A DNA stretch of 64,000 bases from positions 60,512,001 through 60,576,000 of the forward strand of contig NC_091285.1 in assembly GCF_032444005.1 (NCBI RefSeq). Direction: 5' to 3'. A program made the position numbers and the translations under genes. The notes below the pieces were generated by a model. The model made no database searches and had not been told where the DNA came from. It saw nothing but the letters and a program-made list of their open reading frames with translations. This DNA is from Ranitomeya imitator. Its lineage: Eukaryota. Shown here one piece after another: positions 41,334-50,601 of the stretch (its first letter is position 1; every line of letters begins with the position of its first letter).

Positions 41334-41690
41334 GAGTGCATATGGCGCTCATAGACGTCCGGTCCGTCACGCTGTGTGGAGTAATCCCGGGGGCCGCTCC
41401 ACACAGCGTGATGGACTGCACGTCTATGAGCGCCATATGCAGCGGCGGATACACGCCCTCCTTCTCCCTTCAGGATCTGTGAGTCGTTCCAGGTGCGCTT
41501 TCCATCCTGGGTTGCCTAGGCTCATATACCCCATTGTCCTATGCTTACAGTTTTGTTGAAGATATTTCTGATGAAGGTCTTGTGATTTGACCGAAAACAT
41601 TTAAATAATCTTTGAACTGGATGCACAAATAAATGGGATGTTCACTTTTTCATCTGAAAGAAACCATTTGAGTGGCAAGTGATTTATTAC
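41334..41690 (+). mobile_element. Short Penelope-pLTR-like or retrozyme-like insertion
   Basis: Breaks the satellite at GATACCCCA|. Contains a 45-bp-stem hairpin, a hammerhead motif and a downstream AATAAA. Right boundary approximate. Confidence 0.55.
41561..41610 (+). ncRNA. Minimal type I hammerhead ribozyme motif
   Basis: Helix I GATATTT/AAATAATC, core CTGATGA (41568-41574), extra A, helix II GGTC/GACC, GAAA, short helix III AACATT (probably decayed palindrome AACGTT), cleavage triplet UUU. Confidence 0.75.
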
Positions 41691-42354
41691 TATTAAAAAG
41701 TGGAATAACACGCAAACAAAAAGGCGGATATAAATAAACATGGCACCGCTGAAAATGTCATCTTGTCACACAAAAAATGAGCTGCAACACAGTGTCATCA
41801 GCAAAGAATTAAAAAAGTTTAGCCCTCAGAATAAAGCGATTCAAAAATAATTATTTTTTGTATAAAATTGTTTTATTGTATAAAAGCGCCAAAGCATAAA
41901 AAAATTATATTACTGAGGTATCGCTGTTATCGTACCAACCTGACGAATAAAACTGCTTTATCGATTTTACCACACGCAGAGTGGTATAAATGCCTCTGCC
42001 AAAAGAAATTCATGAATTGCTGTTTTTTGTTCATTTTGCCTCCCAAAAATCGTAAAGAAAAGCGATCAAAAAATGTCATCTGCCCTAAAATGGTACCAAA
42101 ACTTCAACTCGTCCCGCAAAAAACAAGACCTCACATGACTCTGTTGGCCAAAATATGGAAAAATTATAGCTCTCAAAATGTTGTGATGCAAAAACTACTT
42201 TTTGCAATAAAAAGCGTCTTTTAGTGTGTGACAGCTGCCAAACAAAAACTCACTATAAAAACCTGCTATAAATAGTAAATTAAACCCCTTTCATCACCTC
42301 CTTAGCTAGAGAAGAGTAATAAAATTAAAAAAAGTATTTATTTCTATTTTCCCA

Positions 42355-42712
42355 TTAGGGTTAGGGTAAAGTTAGGGTTGGGGCTAAAGTTGGGGCTAAA
42401 GTTAGGGTTAGGGTTGGGGCTAAAGTTAGGGTTAGGGTTGGGGCCAGAGATGGGGTTAGGGTTTGGATTACATTTATGGCTGGGATTAGGGTTGGAATTA
42501 GGGTTAGCGGTGTGTCAGGCTTAGGGGTGTGGTTAGGATTATGGTTGGGATTAGGGTTAGGGGTGTGTTGGGGTTAAGAGTGTGTTGAGGTTAGAGGTGT
42601 GGTTAGGGATGGGATTAGGGTTAGGGGTGTGTTCGGGTTAGGGGTGTGGTTAGGGTTATGGTAAGGGAGGGGATTAGGGTTAGGGGTGTGTTCAGGTTAG
42701 GGTTGGAGTTAG
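42355..42712 (+). repeat. Degenerate TTAGGG-rich (telomere-like) tract
   Basis: About 20 exact TTAGGG hexamers interspersed with variants (TTGGGG, GTGTGG, CTAAAG). Confidence 0.85.
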
Positions 42713-42724
42713 AATTTGAGGGTT

Positions 42725-43687
42725 TCCACTGTTCAGGCACATCAGGGGCTCTCCAAATGTGACATAGCATCTGATCTCAATTCCAGCCAATTCTGCGTTG
42801 AAAAAGTAAAATAGTGCTCCTTCCCTTCCGAGCTCTCCCGTGCGCCCAAGCAGTGGTTTACCTCCACATATGAGGTATCAGCATACTCTGGACAAATTGA
42901 ACAGCTTTTGGGGTCCAATTTCTCCTTTTACCATTGGGAAAATACAAAACTGGGGGCTAACAAATCATTTTTGTGGAAAAAAAAGATTTTTTATTTTCAC
43001 GGCTCTGCGTTATAAACTGTAGTGAAAAACGTGAGGGATTAAAGTTCTCACAACACATCCAGATGAGTTCCTTTGGGGGTCTACTTTCCAAAATGGTGTC
43101 ACTTGTTGGGGTTTCCACTGTTTAGGCACGTCAGAGGCTCTCCAAACGCGACATGGCGTTCTATCCCAATTGCAGTCAATTTTGCATTGAAAAGTGAAAC
43201 AGCGATCCTTCCCTTTCTGCCATGCAACCAAACAGTGGTTTACCCCCACATTTGGGGTATCAGCATACTCAGGACAAATTACACAACAACTTTTGGGGTC
43301 CAATTTCTCCTGTTACCATTGAGAAAATAAAAAATTTGGACAAAAAATATATATGATTTTTTATTTTTACAGCTCTACATTATTAACTTCTGTGAAGCAC
43401 TTCGTGGGTCAAAGAGCTCACCGCTCATCTAGGTAAGTTCCTTAGGGGGTCTACCTTCCAAAATGGTGTCACTTGTGGGAGGTTTCCACTGTTTAGGCAC
43501 ATTAGGGGCTCTCCAAACACGACATGGCGTCCTATCTCAATTCCAGCCAATTTTGCATTGAAAAGTCAAACAGCGCTCCTTTCCTTCCAATCTCTCCCAT
43601 GCGCCCAAACAGTGCCCAACATATGGGGTACCTGCGTACTCAGGACAATTAGTTCAACAACTTTTGGGGTCCAGTTTCTCCTGTTAC
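42725..43687. repeat. Inverted-orientation copies (about 2.5) of the 390-bp unit family
   Basis: AAAAGTCAAACAGCGCTCC and CAAACAGTGGTTTACCCCCACAT are reverse complements of motifs in 38740-41333. Confidence 0.85.
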
Positions 43688-44217
43688 TAGAGTTGAGCGA
43701 CTTTTACTTTTTTATGATCGAGTCGGGTTTCGCGAAACCCGACTTTGTCAAACGTCAGGTCGGGTGAAATCGGCCGATTATTGCGAAAAGTCGGGGGCCG
43801 ACCGAAACACGAAACCCAATGCAAGTCAATGGGGAATCAAAGTCGGCAGTGAGTGGAGGACAGGAAAACACCTACACTGTCCATTTTAATGCCAAAAACA
43901 TCAATTCTTATTACTTAAGCTTGTCAATCTAAATTTACTTTATAAATTAAGTTCAAAATTGGTGACAGGACTATACAGGCGGCATTGCTTTGTTCAGTGA
44001 AGGAGAACTGTAATGAGTGGCGCAGACACAGTTTGTAGGCCCACAATAAAAAAGTAGGCTAAATGCAGTTCAAAATTGGTAACAGGACTAAACAGGCAGC
44101 ATTGCTTTGTTCAGTGGAGGACAACGGTAATGAGTGGCACAGACACAGTTTGTAGGCCCACAATAAAAAAGTAGGCTAAATGCAGTTCAAAATTGGTAAC
44201 AGGACTAAGCAGGCGGC
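43688..44217 (-). mobile_element. 3-prime end of a second hAT copy, interrupted by an LTR
   Basis: TAGAGTTGAGCGAC TIR, subterminal palindrome GTCGGGTTTCGCGAAACCCGAC, and 117-bp repeats at 43951, 44068 and 44185. Left 8-bp flank CCTGTTAC. Confidence 0.85.
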
Positions 44218-44627
44218 TGTTATGATACGGTGGTCTAGGAGCAACATGGAACGAGCTCTGAAGGACGTGGTAACTGTACTGACCGCAGTCCCTAAGCTAA
44301 ACACAACACTAGAAGTAGCCGTGGAATGCTCCTAACTCTCCCTAGGCATCTCATCACAGCCTAAGAGCTAACTACTCCTAAAGAAAGAAGCAGGAAAACT
44401 ATCTTGCCTCAGAGAAAATCCCCAAAGGATAGATTAGCCCCCCACAAATAATGACTGTGAGTGGAGAGGGAAAAGACATATACAGAATGAAACCAGGATG
44501 AGCACAGGAGGCCAGTCTAGCTAAATAGATAGGACAGGATGGAATACTGTGCGGTCAGTATAAAACACTACAAAAATCCACACAGAGTTTACAAAAAAAA
44601 ACTCCACACCTGACTAAAGGTGTGGAG
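44218..44627. mobile_element. LTR retrotransposon LTR fragment (probably Gypsy-type), cut by a hAT insertion
   Basis: Abrupt TGTTATGA start inside the hAT repeat, with LTR-like sequence. Clade assignment is from pattern recognition only. Confidence 0.6.
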
Positions 44628-44974
44628 TAGGGTTGAGCAACCTTGACCTTTTTAGAGTCGAGTCGGGTTTCGCGAAACCCGACTATCTCAAAAGTCGAGT
44701 CGAGTGGAATCGGCCGATTATCGCGAAAAGTCGGGGATCGACCGAAACACGAAACCAAATGCAAGTCAATGGGGGAGAATAGTCAGCAGTGAGTAGAGGC
44801 CAGGAAAACATGTACAGAGCCCATGTTAATGGCAAAAACAAACATTCTTGTTACTGAAGCTTGTCAATCTTAATTTAGCTTATAATAATTGTAAGGCATT
44901 TGAAATTGGGGGTCATTTGGCTAAAGTTGTGGGGGGTAGGGCTGGTTCAAGTAATTAGTGTGCCCAGTAAATCT

Positions 44975-45405
44975 GGACCATGTATGGCATTGATGTTTCA
45001 TTTTCTGGTTATTAGCAGTGGATACCGACATATTGTGGTCGAGTCCTTTGCGGCCTGTATTGGCACATTTTGCAGGAGAGCACATTTGATTAGGTGCACC
45101 TAGGGTAGGATACATGTTTACTGTTAACATATTGTATTATGGGACTGTCATTTATTGTGGGATATGGTGGGTATAGGGATTTGGATATTTGATTTTAAAT
45201 GTTTTTAACATGTTTTTTGAGGTGTTTAATAAAGGTGTTTTTCTTTATGTAGTTACTGATTGTCTCTATATTTGGGGTTGTGCATACCATTTTTAGTCTA
45301 CCTTTTCTCTTTTCCTTTGTCATGTTCCATATGTAGACTAAGTATTGCACCCCTTGATGGTTACTGTGAAATTATACATTGGTGCGCCCCTTTCTATCTT
45401 TACTC
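44975..45405 (+). repeat. 5-prime pseudo-LTR of the PLE (truncated)
   Basis: Near-identical to 50171-50601. Contains AATAAA. Confidence 0.95.
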
Positions 45406-45532
45406 TTGTGCTAGTTGTTGCCCCGTGTTCCGGGGTGTTCTTTGGGAGCAGCACACGCATATATTTTTGCGTAATTTGTATATATATATTTTTTTTTCTT
45501 GTATTGGTTTTTGCATATTTGGGTTTAAGGTG

Positions 45533-46297
45533 ATGGATTGGGAGGCTAGGGAGGCAGCCTGGCTTGCCAAACCATCCAATGTGTTTGATCTCTCTGGATC
45601 GGTTGCTGTTGAGTCAGAATCGGGTTTTTCCAATGTGTGTTCAGAATTGATGAAGGCACACAAGACAGGCATTAGACTTTGGTGGAACATGAGGAGTCTA
45701 GAAGAGTATTTGAAATCAGGCTTGATACCTCGTGGTTTGAGGGTCTCCATATTTCCAGCTTGGGAACCCTCAGGATCATTTAAACAGGTTTGGGAACAGG
45801 GCCTTACATGCTGTTCAAATATACTTATCAACCTATTATTGGAGCATGACAGGGACCTGTTTACAGCGACCAAGACCTCCATCAAAGAATTGGAAACCAA
45901 ATTGAACACATTTGAAGGGACACAGGTGCATACCTTTAAGACCACACTAAAAGAGACTTTGGACAAATATGAGGTAGAGGTGACGAGCAGGAAGCGTATA
46001 AAACTTCTTAGGGACAAGACTGACTTTGAGCAAAATGCAGTGTATAGATGGACGCACAGGGGTAACCCACGCCGTACTAGAACTTATGGCCATGGCTCTG
46101 TGACAGCAGCAACAATATCCACCTCCCTACCTCGTGGTGAAGAAAGCTCTAGTGACGATTTTTTATCTTCCACCAGAAGCGAGGTAGACCACGGACCAGG
46201 TGTGGGAGGGGACGGAGGGGGAACAAGAAAACGCATAACGCGTTACAGGGACCACAATCCGACTTATCCCCACAAATACTCAACCAGACGGAAATAA
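45533..46297 (+). CDS. PLE upstream ORF1 (254 aa), PLE N-terminal domain
   Basis: Uninterrupted from ATG 45533 (MDWEARE). Motifs LEEYLKSGLIPRGLR and W...L..CS..L..LL, helical middle, RD..DF...VY.W, Ser/Arg-rich tail. The ORF-track start at 45260 is a non-ATG extension into the pLTR. Confidence 0.8.
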   Translation: MDWEAREAAWLAKPSNVFDLSGSVAVESESGFSNVCSELMKAHKTGIRLWWNMRSLEEYLKSGLIPRGLRVSIFPAWEPSGSFKQVWEQGLTCCSNILINLLLEHDRDLFTATKTSIKELETKLNTFEGTQVHTFKTTLKETLDKYEVEVTSRKRIKLLRDKTDFEQNAVYRWTHRGNPRRTRTYGHGSVTAATISTSLPRGEESSSDDFLSSTRSEVDHGPGVGGDGGGTRKRITRYRDHNPTYPHKYSTRRK

Positions 46298-48677
46298 ATC
46301 AAGCTTCCTCTCCCCCTGATATGGAACAGACCTCTGGAGCCTCCACATCCACCCTTCAGGTAATAAATCTTTCTAAATATGAACTTACTGTGGTGGAACT
46401 TGCTGTCCTGAAGAGGGGTCTAACTTTTGCTCCCACACATACGGCTGACAAATTTACTTTGGTCAAGGACCTCTATTTGTTTTGTAGGAACCTCACATTT
46501 CAGGTTATCTACAAAAAAACGGATATTCTACAATCAATACCTGAGAATGAGCGCCAAGCCTTTCAAGATCTACTAGCCTTACTGGAGGAAAGCGAATCAG
46601 GGTGTACCAGAAGAAAGTTCCCGGGCAGAAATAGATCCCTTAAAACGCCTTCCTTTTCCTTGGTACCCGCAATCAAGATATTTTTTGAGCTGGTGAAACG
46701 AGACATTCTGGCAATGCCAACACAGGTGGGTAGATCTTCTAACCTTAATCTTGCTGAAAAACGGGCCTTGCGGGACTTACAAAGTAACAAGGAATTTGTG
46801 ATTAAAGAGGCGGATAAGGGGGCAACGTTGTGCTGTGGTCAATTGAAGCATAAGGAGGCCAATAGACAACTCACGAACCCCAGATGCTACCAAAAATTAC
46901 CTTCAGATCCCACGGCAGTGTTTGCGTCTAAATTTGACTCTTTACTCTGCAGGACGCTACGTTTTGGCATCATCTCGCCCCAAGAGAAAAAATATTTATG
47001 GGTTGAACATCCGGTCACGGCAACATTTTATATGTTGCCGAAGATACACAAAGACGAGAAGAAACCACCAGGAAGGCCGATCGTTTCTAGCATTGGCAGT
47101 ATCTGTGAGCGGGCAAGTGAGTATTTGGACTTTTTCTTCCAGCCAATAGTCACGGCCTTGCCCTCCTTTATAAGGGACTCTGCCCATTTCATTGAGGTCT
47201 GTGGACGGATAGAACTGCCGGGAGAATTTTACCTGGTAACTTGTGATGTGGAGTCCTTGTACTCCAACATCAAGCATAGTGATGGCCTGCATGCGGTTAC
47301 TTTTTTCCTAGACAAACTTTCACACTCGGATCGGGGGCATGATTCTTTTCTGTTGGATCTGCTCAAATTTGTTCTTCATCACAACTATTTTTTGTTTGAT
47401 AGAACATTTTATTTACAGACAGCGGGAGTGACGATGGGGGCGAAATGTGCACCAACCTATGCAAACATCTTCTTAGGTTGGTGGGAGGAGGTGTTTGTGT
47501 ACCCATCCCTGGCATATCAACATCATGTCCGGAACTGGCATCGCTATATCGATGACCTATTCTTCATTTGGTCGGGCAGCAGGGAGGGTTGTATTGATTT
47601 CATCCACAGCCTCAACTCCAACCCCATAATATCTTTTTAACCCACTCTATCTCCAACAGTTCGATTTGCTTTCTGGATTTGAGAATTTTCGTACAAGGGA
47701 ACAAGTTGGTTATGGATCTTTTCCGGAAGCCCACTGCTACTAATGCCCTTTTGGAGTTCAATAGTTTTCACCCCTGGCACACGAAGGTAGGCGTCCCGAC
47801 GGGACAATTTTTACGCATCAGACGTAATTGTACTCGGGATCAAGACTTTCTGATGCGAGCTCGAGATCTGATGGACCGCTTCAGACAGAGCAGCTATCCC
47901 AAACGAGTGATTGCCACGGCTTTCCAGCGAGCAAGACAACATGATCAGGCCTAACTTTTGATCCCTGTGGGTCGTTCCCGAGAATCGCAGACGAGGTTCA
48001 TCACGGACTATAATGACAGCTGGGGGCAGGTAAGACACATCCTCACCAGACATTGGCCGATTTTGCAAACAGATGTGCAAACCACACAAATCATCAGTAA
48101 TAGGCCGCTATTAACATCTAGAAGAGACCCCAAATCTGAGGCAGCTGTTGACCAGGAGCCACTTCTCTAGGCCCACGGTTAAACTTAATAGGGGTATTGT
48201 CCTCAAGGGATCATTTCCCTGTGGGGAATGTAATGTCTGCCCCTTTATGACGCCTACCCGGGACACATTTGTACACCCCACGAACTCCAGCAGACATGCG
48301 TTAAAGGCTTACATTAACTGCAGGAGCAGAAATGTTATTTATGTGCTAATTTGCCCTTGCAATATGATCTACGTAGGGCAAACATCCCAAGAACTACGCA
48401 AGGGGTTTCAAAAACACGTATCAACCATACGCCTGCGGCCACGGACCAAGGCAAAGGTAAAATCCTGACTCCTGTGGCGGCGCATTTCTTGCTGAAACAT
48501 AGGGGTTCGCCCACTGATTTGCAAGTTGTGGGGTTACAGAGGGTGTCCTGTGGCGAAAGGGGTGGCAACATATCTAACTATCTCTTGCGTGCTGAGTCCA
48601 GGTGGATTTTCGATCTTCAGGCGGTCGCACCCATGGGCCTAAACGAGGAACTGCTCTTTATGGGGTTCCTGGGATAG
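46156..48677 (+). pseudogene. PLE reverse transcriptase + GIY-YIG endonuclease, frameshifted
   Basis: VINLS..L...E..VL.RGLTFAP, KEADKG, PPGRPIVS, TCDVESLYSNI, GVTMGAKCAPTYAN, RYIDDLF, FLD, CGECNVC linker, VIYVLICPCNMIYVGQT, GLNEE. Frameshifts near 46820 (compensated), 47625, 48130 and 48430; stop at 47952-47954. Confidence 0.95.
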
Positions 48678-49942
48678 TTGGCATGTAGATTCATTGGGGT
48701 AGTTTTAGTTTCTGGGACGTCTGATTTGCTTCCCTTCGGATTTGGTGCCCATATCTAATTTTGCATTTGTCTCCATTCAGGAAGGTTGAGGACGCACCCA
48801 AAGGGGTGATGATCATCCCTGGGAATTGGGATATGGAAATTATAAGTTTACTGTGGGGACCAACATGCATGCAGAGGTCTCTGACACATTGGATAATGAA
48901 GTGGACCCTGGAGGGTGGATGTGCGGTATGCCATTATGGCAAACGGAAGGACATCTTATGCGGAAGAGATTTTGCTCTTATAGCTATAATGTGGATTCTA
49001 TGGCAAACTCCTATTATGGATCGTGGGCTTGGATGCGCATTTGATATTGGCAAATCGGATAGGAGCTTTGTGATGAAGAGTGCTTTCTTTCGTATGGACC
49101 TGGATGGTGTCGGTTTCATTGACTATGGGACTATGAGTTCGGGACCAAAAACATCTAGATAGCGGCACTGAGAGAATACTCGTATATATACTCACGGACT
49201 CGAGGGGCATTTGTCTGTTTACACTTATACTTATATATGTGTGTTTTTTTGCCTGATGTTGTTATACACCGTATATGGTTGCTGTACAGGTGTTTATGTG
49301 CACTTATACCTGTGCACTTGTTAATAATAACAATAATTCCTTCCTCCCTTTTAGGTTTTCTGGGTGGCTTCATATGCCCTGTCCTTTTGAGTCCTTTTGG
49401 CTCCTTTGGCGGTTTTGCCTTTAATCTCTAGCATATGTTTATTATTGTGATATCTCCCGGCATTCTGCGGGTTGATATCTTGTGCCTCGGTGTTTTGCTG
49501 CACCATGTTCTCTCTGCCCTCTCCTGACCTGTTATTTTCCTCCCTCCTCCCCCCCCCCCCTTTTTGGAGCTTTCTCTGGCTTTTGGTCTTTATCCCACCT
49601 CCTCTGCTCTGTGTCCTATGGCGTGTCCATCTAGTCGGCCTCTTGAACTTAGTCCGGCTTTCGGGCTTTATTCCACTCCCCTTGCCCTGTGTCCTATGAC
49701 GCGTCCATCTAGCCGGCTGGCACTGCGCGTGCGCAACGCGGTCCTATCGGACACCGCGGTTTGCGCGTGCGCATGTGACCTTCTGGACGCTCAAAGAACG
49801 CTGTTCATTGTGATTGTTTTCCTGTTGTCATGGCATGGCCGGCGTCTCCCGGCTTCTACCTCTCTCTCTCCCACACCGGTATGCAATTTACCTTATTGGA
49901 TTTATTATTTAAGCACACACTGCTGCACCTTTAGCTTCACTT

Positions 49943-49980
49943 CCCCTGACGAAGCTGCTGCGGCAGCGATACGCGTGGGG
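49943..49980 (+). ncRNA. Minimal type I hammerhead-like motif with variant core
   Basis: CCC-CTGACGA-A-GCTGC(TGCG)GCAGC-GATA-CGCGT-G-GGG, with palindromic helix III ACGCGT. Deviations: GAUA for GAAA, and G at position 17. Confidence 0.65.
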
Positions 49981-50170
49981 TGCGCTCCTACCATATCCTC
50001 CTCCTACCTCAGGGCCATTTTGGGGCTCTTTTGTTCCCTGGCTCTATGTGGATTTAACCCCTGTGGTGCCATGTGCCTTTTGACATCGCTGCATCTCCAT
50101 ATACCAGAATTTACGCAGGACAGGTTGTATCCACAGCTGTTATATAGCATGCCACCACATTTTTATCCTA

Positions 50171-50601
50171 GGACCATGTATGGCATTGATGTTTCATTTT
50201 CTGGTTATTAGCAGTGGATACCGACATATTGTGGTCGAGTCCTTTGCGGCCTGTATAGGCACATTTTGCAGGAGAGCACATTTGATTAGGTGCACCTAGG
50301 GTAGGATATATGTTTAGTGTTAACATATTGTATTATGGGACTGTCATTTATTGTGGGATATGGTGGGTATAGGGATTTGGATATTTGATTTTAAATGTTT
50401 TTAACATGTTTTTTGAGGTGTTTAATAAAGGTGTTTTTCTTTATGTAGTTACCGATTGTCTCTATATTTGGGGTTGTGCATACCATTTTTAGTCTACCCT
50501 TTCTCTTTTCCTTTGTCATGTTCCATATGTAGACTAAGTATTGCACCCCTTGATGGTTACTGTGACATTATACATTGGTGCGCCCCTTTCTATCTTTACT
50601 C
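50171..50601 (+). repeat. 3-prime pseudo-LTR of the PLE (duplicated part)
   Basis: Near-identical to 44975-45405. Confidence 0.95.

Larger units (their letters stand above)
38275..43687. mobile_element. Large piggyBac-like non-autonomous element with internal satellite arrays (right part interrupted by hAT)
   Basis: TTAA|CCCCTTCATGACC left end, tandem 382-393 bp units, an inverted array on the right, and a telomere-like tract. Superfamily is inferred from the TTAA|CCC end. Confidence 0.7.
44981..50600 (+). mobile_element. Penelope-like retroelement, Neptune-type (RT + Cys linker + GIY-YIG)
   Basis: About 430-bp direct terminal repeats (44975-45405 and 50171-50601), 17-bp duplication CCAGTAAATCTGGACCA (44964-44980 and 50601-50617), RT/EN ORF, hammerhead motif. 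Confidence 0.95.

Noticed and set aside
42355-42712. True telomere or chromosome-fusion site
   Set aside because: Degenerate, single orientation, and flanked on both sides by the same element family.
45400-46017. 205-aa minus-strand ORF
   Set aside because: Antisense shadow of PLE ORF1, with no recognisable domain.
46156-48677. Selenocysteine (Naiad-like) recoding in the PLE
   Set aside because: The linker and GIY-YIG cysteines are TGT/TGC. The disabling stop is TAA and the other breaks are indels.
49564-50211. 215-aa plus-strand ORF in the PLE 3-prime region
   Set aside because: Non-ATG start, runs through a roughly 78-bp tandem duplication and the hammerhead, and has low-complexity composition.
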